A stretch of 64,000 bases of DNA, from positions 187,612,001 to 187,676,000 of the forward strand of contig CM097885.1 of the NCBI GenBank assembly GCA_044892525.1, given 5' to 3'. The notes beneath the pieces were generated by a model. It was not told where the DNA came from and did no database searches. It was given only the letters and a program-made list of their open reading frames with translations. Made by a program: the position numbers and the translations under genes. The stretch is from Schmidtea polychroa. Taxonomy: Eukaryota. Of this stretch, positions 52,027 through 64,000 are shown piece after piece (the stretch's first letter is position 1; the number at the start of each line of letters is the position of its first letter).

Positions 52027-55018
52027 AAATTTTCTGTGACCAAGCTAAAAAGCAAAGCAATGTTCAGTGTATCAGGTAAAATATGAAATGAAGGTGATTC
52101 AACACTGTTGCATACTTTCCTGGCCTGAAGAGAAATTTTCGCGTCTTCAGCATAGTACTGATGAGACCCAAAAGCTCGATTATTAGTCTACTTAGAATGC
52201 TTACTTAATAATAATATTTAAAACAATTAAATAATAATTTAAGCATTTTGCTGCGAATAATATATTTAATACAAATGAAAAAAATTGTCANNNNNNNNNN
52301 NNNNNNNNNNNNNNNNNNNNNNNNNNNNNNNNNNNNNNNNNNNNNNNNNNNNNNNNNNNNNNNNNNNNNNNNNNNNNNNNNNNNNNNNNNNNNNNNNNNN
52401 NNNNNNNNNNNNNNNNNNNNNNNNNNNNNNNNNNNNNNNNNTCCAAAAGAAAAATGTCAGAATCAAAGAAGCAATTCTCATCATAAACAGACGGCCAAAA
52501 ATCAACACTAAAGAAGAAATCAATGAAATCATGAATTTGATTTGTTGTCATTGACCTTGAGAATATCTGACAATATATAAAGAAGTTAAAAAAATATAAT
52601 AAATTAAAAAGTAATAATTAAAATAATATAGAAAATTTTAGGAAATATACTTTCAAAAGATAGGATTTAAAAATCAAAATTGACACATTTATTGAAATAT
52701 TTAAATAGCGTATATAAGTAGTTATTGGAGGCTTTATTTTAAAATATTTTGAAATATTTTATTCGGCTTCTAGAAGCTAATTATAGAAGCTTTATAAAAA
52801 AATTTAAAAATTTTTAGTTTGTGTCATTTTGAAATTTGAAATGGTATTTATTTTATTTTTAATTTTAATTTTCAAAAAAATTTTTAAAATTTTTAATAAA
52901 TAAAAAAATTCATAAAACGAAAGTATATATTATATTTAGAACCAATAAGAATTAAGAGAAAGGAAATAAAAGAAAGATTGAAAGGTATTTTCGAAAAGAA
53001 CATTGCTAAATTCCAGGAGATTGACAAGGACTGTCTTATAGTCGAAAATTTTTTCATTAAATACATTATTTGCAGCAAAAGATNNNNNNNNNNNNNNNNN
53101 NNNNNNNNNNNNNNNNNNNNNNNNNNNNNNNNNNNNNNNNNNNNNNNNNNNNNNNNNNNNNNNNNNNNNNNNNNNNNNNNNNNNNNNNNNNNNNNNNNNN
53201 NNNNNNNNNNNNNNNTTAAGATCATATTATTGGTGGGTTACAGGTTAGCAAAATATTTTATCCTCTTGTAATGTTTCCAGCATCACCCAGAATACAAACA
53301 ATGTCCCACCACTTGATACCCGTCGAGTTTTTGACGTTGGTAATGTATCAAAGTGGGCTCGCAAAATGAGAGTGCACTACCTGTACTATAATTTTCGGGC
53401 ACTCCTTTGGGTTCATACACATTTGTTAAATAGATACATGTTGAATAAGAGTATACTTGCGCCGTTAAATAAATTTTGACCGTCCATAAAACCGATCAAA
53501 ATGACCCTTGCGATACCAATGCAATACCTTCGATGATCCCAATAAACCTTGAGAAAAACCGTTCGAAATGAGCCATTGATCGCTGAAATACTGTGTCAGG
53601 AACTTTCAATAATCAACTTTGAGTTAGCTGGCCCCTACTTTTTAAGTCGATTTGACCAAGTTTTTATAAAAATTTTTGATTCTTAAAAGTTGTTGAACTA
53701 TCTCATATTCATTGCCCACTAAACACATGCACACATAAAGTCAGTTTTTCTACCACCCCGGTATATATATTTTTCTTATTTGACCTACTTTGAGTTAGCA
53801 GGCCCCTTCCTTTAAAGTCCATTTGACTTACATAAGAATACTAGGAATTTTAGGGAAAAAATCCCCAGTAGTTAGCCGGCCCCTATCCATATACAAAAAG
53901 AATTTATTATTATTGATACAACTTCATAAATATTGAAGAATAATTGATACTTTGACTACCGGTAAAAAATATGGAAACTTGCACATCACAATTTATAATA
54001 TCATTTTGTTTTTTACCACATGGATAGTTACTAGTAAACTTACTTTTACAGTTCAATGTCATATTGACAACGTCCTGTGAACTTTCTATTAGAGTATGAT
54101 AGATTAACTATAATACCCCAAGGACTAGTTAACTTGCCGTTGAAATATTTTATTTTTATACTTAGACTTTTTCTCTATATAAAGATACACAGACACAAAG
54201 GTAATTTAGATGCTGCATGCCAGTTGAACTGACTAAGACATAACATTTATTTTAAAACCAAATAAAAACATGCGCTTTATGATGCAACAGGGCCAATACA
54301 TGTGGAAGTTAACTAGTCGTCAGTAGTCAAAGTTTAATACTACTTATTTATTTATATTCTACATTCGTATAATAAAAATTTGGAAATGACAGTGTCGAAA
54401 ACTCGTGTTTGATATTGATTGATAGTCTATAAAAGAAATGGGGATAAATGAAATTGAAAAAAATCAATGTTGTTAAAGATACAATCTTTTATTGTTAGTA
54501 TTTCTTCTTGGTTTCTACTGTAAAGTTTAACATTTTTGTTCAAAAACTGACAGTTTAACAGTGAAACAAAACTGAAAAAATTTGTCAGTGGATAAGCTAG
54601 TCCTCGAAATAAAATGGTGAAATTCTTCTTTTGTAAAATTGCTTTCTGAAAAAGTTTCTATTCATGCTTCTACCAAAAAATGAACGCTTTATTGCATTTT
54701 TAAAGTAACTGTCCAACGTTACTGGATCTTCCATAGAGTCACGATATCTGAAAGGATATTCAATATAGATGTTATATTTTATATATGTTACAATTAGAAT
54801 ATAAACTTAGACTAGTTAAAGTTTACATTACAGTTAAAGTTTTAAATTCAGTTAAAGTATACAGTCGCTTGTAAATTTTTAGTAGTAAAATTTTTAGTAG
54901 TAAAATATTTAGACAATAATAAAATAATAATAAAAGGTATATTATCTCTAGGTAGTATGCTATATTGCAACATGGCATACTAGAATAACATTTATGTATT
55001 TTATTAGAGAATGTGTAA

Positions 55019-56394
55019 CTAGCTTACACGTCGCGTTCAAGTACACAAAAATTAATGTCATGATGTCATGACAATCGGAAGACGATTGTCCAGGCAACAA
55101 AAGTTGTTTAATCTCATCCCACTTAGGATTGCACGTGAATGTTATAAAATATCTGGACTGCCGTATGTACGAACATAAGTCATTGCATTTGTGCGTATTC
55201 GTGTAAGTGCAGTGAGCTTCCTGTGAATGTAGCTGGCAGTATGACGATTTATCCCAGTTCATTGGGATTGCTATCAGTACCAACTGCGTCACCTAAATGA
55301 ATGAATACAAAATGTGATTGATCATTACATTGACTTTCTTAATGGTCTTCTCATGTGTTTGTGGATCTTTCATTTTGATGTTGAAATGATATCCATCTTC
55401 TCCTTGTCAAAATAAAATTGGATGATGCAATGCATCATAGGAGCGATAAGTTTCGGAGACTCGTCGAACATTACCATCTCTGCGATGAAGAACTATATCA
55501 CGCGAGTTAAATTCAGTGCCAACTATGGCGATAGCTACTTCATGAATTGTTGGTGCATTGTATTGTCTTTCGTGTTGACCGGTTGGTGTTTTGTTGCTCG
55601 AGGGCTGTCCTGAACAGATGAACTAATTCGTTGTGTTGATTGAATAAACTTTGTAATGCAGCACCAATTTGTCCATTAGTGCTGATATTGAATTGACAAC
55701 GTTGATCAATTTGTTCATCAGTGGTTCCCATGAAATAAATTTGGAGGAATTTATGATCCTAATCCGACAGTGGTAGAAGAGATCCAGCGCGATGATAAAT
55801 TTACCCTTTGACTTTGAACGTTGGCATGTAATTTTCACATGATTTCTGTTGTTCCGAACGATGTCATTTGGAAACATGAATTGTACTTGCGTCTGTTTGC
55901 CAAAAAATGTTTCAACTGGCTTGTGTCACCTGATAGCAACGTTGATAATGATTCCGGTAGTAAATGTAATTCTGGTAATTTCAATTTTTCACCTGGGCAG
56001 CACAATCCTGGAGTTTCAGTCTTGAATTTTAATGCACTGCAAAATTCGCATAATTTGTCCATTTTTTCCAATAACGGCACTACGATGAAGAACTTAATCA
56101 TAATAAGCATCCGCCGTGGAACGCAGTAAAATTCAAATCAGCGTGCATTATCCGTCTGGTTTGAACATTGCGTTCCCGATTGGTTCGCAGTCTTGCTCTT
56201 CGTTGGTCACTTATTTCATTTGAACGGGTTTGAGCAATGCGTATTATATGGGCTCCCAATCTTAATTCTCGTTGCTCTTCTGTTTCATTTGAGCGGGCTT
56301 AGGCAGTACGTAATCGATTGGTTTCCAATCTTTATTTTCATTGCTCGTCTGTTTCTAAAATTCGTTATACCTTTTTCTTATTATATATAATAGA
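55019..56394 (-). mobile_element. Internally deleted Helitron with both termini
   Basis: 5' A|TCTATTATATATAATAAG at 56394 and 3' CTAG|T at 55019; RepHel fragments CEFCSALKFKTETPGLCC, KYNSCFQMTSFG, HNELVHLFRTALE, ITFTCNPKWDEIKQLLLPGQ. Confidence 0.85.
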
Positions 56395-58284
56395 TCGTCC
56401 AATTGATTTCCGTTTGGGGGGGGGGCATAAGTCTTCTTATATAAATATTATTTTTAACTACAATTTTTTATATCTAAACAAATTATTTTTATTGGAGTTA
56501 TTATTCCTATTTAAATTAATTTCTATTGAAATTTTTCGTAAATATTAAAAACACTTTTCGACAGTCATTGGTATTTTCAAAAATGCAAAAACAATGTCTA
56601 AATATGATAAAAATTTATTTTTACACAAATTTTACACAAAATTTACACAAAAATAAACATAAATTATTATTTACTGTTTGTTTACTGGATTTTATATCAG
56701 TATTTGAGAAAATACCAAGAATCTCTCTCATTGGTTAAAATAGTTTCTCAATTAAAAAAATTTTATACCTAAAACCTTCCCAGGAGTGTACTCAACAACT
56801 TCTTAAAGTTTCTTGGCGATCGGATGAACAGTGTAGTAATGCATACAGGACNNNNNNNNNNNNNNNNNNNNNNNNNNNNNNNNNNNNNNNNNNNNNNNNN
56901 NNNNNNNNNNNNNNNNNNNNNNNNNNNNNNNNNNNNNNNNNNNNNNNNNNNNNNNNNNNNNNNNNNNNNNNNNNNNNNNNNNNNNNNNNNNNNNNNNNNN
57001 NNNNNNNNNNNNNNNNNNNNNNNNNNNNTATACCAATTAAAATATTGGAATTAAAAACTAGATTAAATTAAAAAGTATCTTTATTGAAACATTATATTAA
57101 AATTTAAAATAGTTAAGCCTTCTTAATTACGGAAATCGGATATTATATAATTGGGTAGAGGTGAGCTTTCTAACTCACTTCCAGTAATCTAGACTTTTTA
57201 GAGAAACTTTATAGTTTCATTTATAGAATTTGTTAGAACTTTTTGCGTATTAAAACATTTTAGATTGGTTAGGCTTGAGTAGTTAGTTAGTGGCCCTTGT
57301 TCGATACCCTCTCTCTCTGGTGCAACAAATGTCAATCTGAAGCTCGAGCTATGGACCACTATCGTCATGTGAAAAATGCACTATAGTAAGAGAGGTTTTT
57401 GAAGCTCAGACATTTTGTATTGGAAATTTTAGTGTCAAGCGTATTTAGTCATAGAATGTTTAATAACTAAACTATGGTTATATCAATTAAAAAAGTAAAC
57501 AAAGATATATTTTAAATTAAGATTATGTAATTTAAAAGCTAGATTAAATTAATGTTACGAAATAAATTGTCTCCTCTTACTGATGAATGTTTGGTTGGTA
57601 ATTTAATTAGGAAAAATTTTTAATGAGATGAGGTTTTGAATGTTTTTGTTTATGTTTGTAGTTTGTTTACTAATGTAACGCTGAGTGGTATTGATTTTTG
57701 TTTATTATTATGGAATAAAATATCATTGAACATTTTTTTTGGATGGAACAGTGTTGGGCTATTGAGTTGGTGATAAATTTAAATGTTAATTTGACTCAAA
57801 ACGTGTCTTTATACGATCCACAAATAACACTTGACAACAGAAATCTTTATTGATAATCACAAATAAACTTTCACTTTAAACTGACAATCAACTCAACACT
57901 CTGCACTCTATACAGTGCTTATTGCAACACTCGGTGAGGAATAGCACTTGCGTATAACACCGGATTAAAAGTTCACAAATTACTGATTGGTTTATCAACT
58001 GGGACTTTGAGCTGGTTTTCTTTGACATTCACAAATTTATAAGAATATTGTTGTTTTCCTTTTTACCTGATTTCGAAATTCCTTTTCCTTTTTGTACTAA
58101 TTAATTAGTACTGACCTTGGTTTTTCTTTTCTTGTTTAATTTCTTTTGCTTCCTTCCTCTTTCTCATTTCTCATTTCTTTTTACTTACGTTTTCTTTTCT
58201 AAGTTCCCATAGATCGTCCCGTTTGTCATGACTATCTTCCCCCAGGTAATTTTATTTATTTATACTATTTATCATTTAGGTATC

Positions 58285-58800
58285 TCAACAACAATGTTTC
58301 ATGAAGATCTTGAGTTATCTATTTCAAAATTTAATTTTTTTTTACAACGAATGATGTCAGCAAATCGAAGGAGTTTATATGGGTTCCCAATTAGCCCCAA
58401 CGATGCCATCAATATTTTTGCCAAACATAGATAATGAAATTGCGTCTTTCTAATTTGTTTATAAATTGTATGTGAATGATATTTTCTTATATTTAAAAAT
58501 CATATTTTGCATAAAAACATTGTATTCATATGTGAAATAGAAAGAAATCCATTGATTGCATTCTTGGACGTGTTAATACAGCGCAAAGCAAAACAGTGCA
58601 AAGGGAAGATTTATATAAAACCAATTAATTTGTCTTTGACTTTTTTCTGGAAGTTTTGCTGAATTCAAATAAGAGAAATAAGGTGAAAATATTGATTTAT
58701 CGTTTATGGTCTTTATCTTCTACTTTTGCAAATTTAGTAAAAAGTGTTGATAAATTGGTTGAATCGTTCTTGAAAATGGGTATTCATAATAATTTTTGTT
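58285..58800 (+). pseudogene. Penelope-like element reverse transcriptase remnant
   Basis: QIEGVYMGSQLAP, LYVNDIF (YVDD motif), IAFLDVLIQR..IYIKP, and a frameshifted NGY thumb region are characteristic of PLE RT. Confidence 0.8.
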
Positions 58801-61056
58801 AATGATGATGAAAAACTGAGTTNNNNNNNNNNNNNNNNNNNNNNNNNNNNNNNNNNNNNNNNNNNNNNNNNNNNNNNNNNNNNNNNNNNNNNNNNNNNNN
58901 NNNNNNNNNNNNNNNNNNNNNNNNNNNNNNNNNNNNNNNNNNNNNNNNNNNNNNNNNNNNNNNNNNNNNNNNNNNNNNNNNNNNNNNNNNNNATTATGAT
59001 GAATTTAAAGCATAAATCAAAACCTGAAATAATCCTGATTGAGACAAATATACTGAAATTACAAAAAATAATGTTTAAATTAATACTTATTTTTTAAGTA
59101 AATGAATAAATATTTAAAATGGTTTGATTTATTTATAGATCAATTGTAATTGTGTAAATATTTTATGAAAATGTTATTTATAGGGTTATTCATATTTATA
59201 AAGTCTTTTTACAAAATCTATAAACCAGCTTATAAAATATTAAAAAATTAATTAAATAAACAAAATAAACAAAAAATATTATACATGTATAATTATTTCA
59301 CAGAAACATTATAAAACCGACAAAAATCCATAATTAGAATTTTTCCAGGAGATAAATGGAGAAGAAACTGTTGACTTTTAAATTGAATAAATGTATCCCC
59401 ATTAAAACCTCCATCGACTATTTTCCACAATCCCACCTTTATTTTTTATACACATTAAACTTATATTTTGTCAACAATTAGCAGGTAAAACCTGAATTGA
59501 AGGATAATCTTAATATGAAGTTGATCTTTTTACTGGGCTAGTCTCTGATCAACTGCTTCATTTCGTTCATGCTAGGTAGTTAAATCTGGAGTTGCAAGGG
59601 GGAACCTCAATCATAGATAGAGCCCAAATAGTGATTGATAATAGATAAGTCGAGTAAAACATTAGTAATTTTGTTACTGCAGAGTGAATGCGGAACTGGT
59701 TGAGTGAAAGCTGAGTGAATGCATGAGACACTGATGCATGAAATATGAGATAAATAAAATTTTAATTACAGAAAGACTACGCTGAAAACGGGGAGGTCCA
59801 CCGGGAATTAAGTTGGAAGGTCGGTCATGGAGAAGTTCAAGGTGGGATCCTGGAATCGAGGCTCTGAATTAAGGAAAGGAGTTCAACCTCCAGGGTACTC
59901 ACACTATGAACGTGGTTTTGATGAAGAGATAACCAACCCTCAACCTCGCTTGAATCATGAAGTACAAACCTCAATCGGGAAATGAGACGAGTGGGACGGG
60001 AAGTCCGTGAGGGTACGGTTAAAAGCACGGACGGTGAGCTAGTATATAAGTGAGAGAATAATACGATTGGAAGTAGCGGAGAGACTGACATTAATCGAAT
60101 TTGGATGTCGCCTGTTATCATAATCAATTACATATGATCTTATAACCGAAATCACAGATTTTTGATTTAACTTAAATAGTAAAGATAGCTAATTAAAAAG
60201 AAAGGCGAACATATCAGTGGTTCACGAACCCGTTTGAATGTTTACCTATTATAATGCACTGAGATGCGTTCACTTTTCGCGAACATCCGCTCATTCGGCA
60301 CATTATCAATGTTGTTCACTTAGGAATGTTTTTTGTAGGTCTTGTAGGAACATCTTATATAATAAATAAGGTATAAAATTCCCATTGCAACAATAAATGA
60401 GTTGTCAAAGCATTCTATCGATCTTTGAAATTATTAGAAGTAGCGATCTGAACTTTTGTCATTTTTATTTTTTAATTTATATATATTTCAAACATTATAA
60501 TGTATATCATTATACATTGCCTATTTAATATATTGTTTGATTGTTTCCTCTGTTAAAAAATAATAAAAGCAACATTACTCCCTATTGTTTAAAATATCAT
60601 AAATAAATAAAATAATTAACCGGAAATTTTTGTAATTCACAATATATAAATGATATAATACCATAATTAGTAATTACGTTCTACTCTGTCAATAATGGAC
60701 ATGGCGGTGACCTTTTTTGTGTCCACTACTGAAAGAAATAGTGGACATGTAATTTTATATTTTTGTGGTTACACATAATGATTCTACATAGTGGTTATTT
60801 ATATATTATTATAAAAATCGACACTTTAAAAAAATTAGATGTATTATACTAGATATTCAATAAATCAATTTTGACATTCAAAAATTTATTTATAAATGGT
60901 GTATTATAATAAAACAAATTTTCTTCGTTTATTTAATATTATCTCTTGAAACATAATTTAATATACTTGGGGTTCTATTCTTTTTATTTTCATCAAAAAC
61001 ATTCTTAAGCTTGAAAATTAGTGTCATGTTTTTGGATCATTTTCTATTAAATATAA

Positions 61057-61560
61057 CTATAATTTTGTCAACATATTATATGCAACGAGATGAGTAATAA
61101 TCTCACATTCCCCTATATCATTAATTGATTCGCTGTTATCATCCAAATGATCATCATCTTCGTCAATAAATCCCTCTTTGATATCTACAAATAACATTTC
61201 ATCATCATCAACATTTGGATAACAATAATAATTATTTTCATCAAACTCCGGCTCTTCTAAATTAAACAGGTCATTTGAATTGAGTTTAGAATTATTTATA
61301 ACTTTATGAAAACAATTCGCAACTGTTTCCGTTGTTACCTCATCCCAAGCTTCAAGAATTGACATTAAAGCATCCTTCAATTTGATTTCTTTTATAAGAT
61401 CAGTATAAATAAAGTTTTGATTATTATCTTGTTCAAAACAAAACTTTCGATTCAATTTTTTTCTGTATAGTCCTTTAAAGGATTTAATTATTCTTTGGTC
61501 AAGTGGCTGAATTTTTGAAGTGCAATTTGATGGGAAGGACAGAAGCTTACTTAAATCATT
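61057..61560 (-). pseudogene. pogo/Tigger transposase 3' fragment (DDE_1)
   Basis: LSFPSNCTSKIQPLDQRIIKSFKGLYRK, AWDEVTTETVANCF, acidic tail. Confidence 0.85.
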
Positions 61561-62945
61561 AACGGAAAGATGGGCTGGGGTAGGGCCCGTCACAGTCGTC
61601 AGTCTGTCGGAATCTCTCGAATGACGCCATTGTCGAATGTTTCTATGTAGATTTTAATTCATTTTCGACGCAAGACAATTTTGCGTCCTCATAAGTGCAT
61701 TGGCTGTGACGTATAGTTTGTTGTTTCAAGTAAAAGAGTTAGAAGTGAATTATCTTCACAAAGTTATGTATGTACACATATAATAATAAAAAAACCGAAG
61801 TAAAGGTAGGTAACATAATAAGTATTATATTTTTAAAATACATATTATACATATTTTTTCCAAATAAGATACTTAACTACTTTTTTTAAGTCTATAAGAA
61901 TTGGCAAAAAAGGAACAAATTACACCAAACACCACTGAGATACATTCTCTATAGTGGTGGTTGGCGTGTAGAACAATTTTTCTCACCAATTGGCTTTATT
62001 AATCAATTGATATTTATCATTTACTGAATTGCTTTGGAATGTTTTTTGGAAATTAATTTTAGCCATTTTAGAAATGGCTTTCAGGTAAGATTATTTAATT
62101 TTAAGTAAAGTTTAAGTCTTGAATTTTGATCCATATAGATATGAGATCATTATTCAAGTTCTTAAATTTTACTTTTAGTCAACATTATAATTATAAATTA
62201 TTTTTAATTAATTTTCAGGGATTTTTGATATTTTATGACAAGTATTTTGGAATATTTTCGAAAAAATGTGAGTTAGATATGTTTTTAATTATAATTAAAT
62301 AAATTAATTACCAAAAATATATACTTTTCTAAAACATTTTGGGAAAAATCCCTGAATAATAAAAATAAAATAATTTTTGTAATTTTTTTTTCTGAGCTCA
62401 ATATGAGAAGCTTCTTTCAGGAAAGCAAATATGGATTGAAAAGACATTGAACAAAATTCTTCTGCTCTTGAAATTTCATTAAAAATATATTTTTAAAAAT
62501 TTTCAGCGATCTTATTTTATCCAAAAATTGTCTAAAATAGAATTATTATAGAAATGTATCTCAGCGGTGCATTTCGATGAATCAAAAGTTTGTATGTGTT
62601 TTTTAGTATGTGTTGTGTTTATGTGCAGTTTTTTATTTTTCTTCCACTTTTCAGATTTCTATAGTATAAGATGTATCTGACTGCACTCTAAATGAACACA
62701 TCAACGTAAAATCAAAGTAAGTATGTATGTATCTATAATGTAAGATTATTGATTTTTTTGTTATATTATAGGAAATGCATCTCAGCGGCGTTTGGTGTAT
62801 TATTGTTGGATATTTAAAAAACTCAAATGTGCAGACAGTGCCGTGATAAACACGTTCTAACAAGTCCGTTCGTGCTAGTCGGCGATCACCGCACATGGGA
62901 GGCGGCCACAGATGCGATGAAACTATGTATTTATAGTCAATAAGT

Positions 62946-63127
62946 ACACCAATCCCTCGCTTTACGCGTTAGATACGTTCAAAGAAACTAACGCGCAAAT
63001 CGAAACCGCGTAAATCGAGACTTCAAATTCATATAAAAATGATAGATAAGTTCCAGAAAATAAAAATTTGCGTAAATCGAAACTTCGAGTTTATATAAAG
63101 TTCCAGAAACTCGCGTAAAACGAGGCA
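62946..63127. mobile_element. Tigger-like MITE fragment
   Basis: TA|CACCAATCCCTCGCTTTACGCG with inverted partner CGCGTAAAACGAGG near 63113-63127 and internal CGCGTAAA repeats; right end truncated. Confidence 0.5.
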
Positions 63128-63554
63128 TAAAAAATACAATTTTATTTAGAAACCGATTTAAAAACTCGACATTTAAATTTTAAATTGTAAAATTTATAAC
63201 ATGTTCATAGTTAAAAGGTATATTAAAAGGAATAATTGTAATTTAATTATTCCGCCTCCTTACTACTATATTCTACTATATTTATAGTATAGGAACACAC
63301 AAACTTACCTGCGTGTAGAAATTTATTGTTCCAAAATTTGATAACTTGATTATAAGAATTGTGAAGGTGAAAGAAAAATAATTGAACATACCAACACAAA
63401 ACACACAATAAAAAATGCATGAAAAATTTCAGAATTGCGTGAAAAACAAGCACGCGTAATGGAGTGAGTTAAATGTGAGTAATCTTATGCAATATATGCA
63501 TTTGCGAGACACTTGCCACCAAATATGTTTAATTTCATTTAAAAAATATTTTTC

Positions 63555-63910
63555 CTTGACTTCCCTATCATCAATGGATTTAGTTTATCTCCAGTCAAAT
63601 TAACGAAAAATAATAATGTTATTCGCTCTTTTGAGAATTTCACGCTTACATAGTCTTCTTGAATCACCAATGTCCTTGGCGGTGTACATTTAAAGAATAG
63701 TCCAATGTGGTCGCAGTTGTAAATATCGATAGGTTTATATTGCTTTAGTTTATTTTCATAGATTGTTCTGAATTGATCAATGTCATTATCATTTACTAAT
63801 CTAGCTTCACCAGATATTAATTTGCTAGTGATATTGTGACGTTTATTAAAACTTTCGATCCAACCATTTGAAGCTTTAAAATTATTTAAGTCGAAACGAT
63901 GGCTTACTCA
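63555..63910 (-). pseudogene. pogo/Tigger transposase 5' fragment (Tc5 HTH and start of DDE_1); not in the ORF track because it lacks a start codon
   Basis: FKASNGWIESFNKRHNITSKLISGE, IYNCDHIGLFF, FSKERITLLFFVNLTGDKLNPLMIGK. Confidence 0.88.
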
Positions 63911-64000
63911 CTTATCATCTTGTTAATAAAGTGTCACTTACTTTTATTACTGTTGAAATTCATTGAGCAATGTTAAAAAGTGACAGAAAAATAGAAAAAA

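Noticed and set aside
53230-53620. GC-richer island with a short PRI..PVEF resemblance to a PIF1/Helitron helicase end
   Set aside because: The diagnostic FAMTINKSQG motif is absent and all frames are broken; identity unresolved.
2607-57054. ORF-track entries containing long X runs (e.g. 2607, 4676, 8740, 17920, 22471, 23033, 45281, 46380, 52248, 52893, 56803)
   Set aside because: They are open only because N gaps contain no stop codons.
29430-60130. Solo-LTR-like GC-richer blocks at about 29430-29810, 34690-35420, 35900-36800, 57780-58030 and 59570-60130
   Set aside because: Could not find matching TG...CA ends with a TSD by eye, so not reported as features.

Overview
AT-rich invertebrate-type animal genomic DNA with many N gaps and short (42-55 nt) minimal introns. 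Host genes: the 3' eleven exons of a serotonin transporter (SLC6A4/SERT-like, +, 356-18592); an orphan gene joining a Cys-rich pacifastin-like exon to a 275-aa extremely basic exon (-, 19780-21020); RTN4IP1 (-, 33052-38611); and OSTM1 (+, 43368-45208), divergent from RTN4IP1. The rest is largely mobile-element material: three Buster-type hAT transposons, hAT and piggyBac MITEs, pogo/Tigger, Helitron and Penelope-like remnants, a decayed Polinton/Maverick capsid plus protease block, and an AT-rich higher-order satellite. Most striking: (1) an 878-bp TG...CA cassette with a perfect 5-bp TSD (TAAAT) inserted in a dead hAT transposase, carrying two tandem hairpins, a predicted 49-nt leader intron and an open RING-finger ORF but no mobility gene; (2) a 91-bp loop-less palindrome with AGTAG...CTACT ends and a perfect 6-bp TSD, i.e. 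Polinton-type termini with nothing between them. All assignments come from manual translation and motif recognition; no database search was run.
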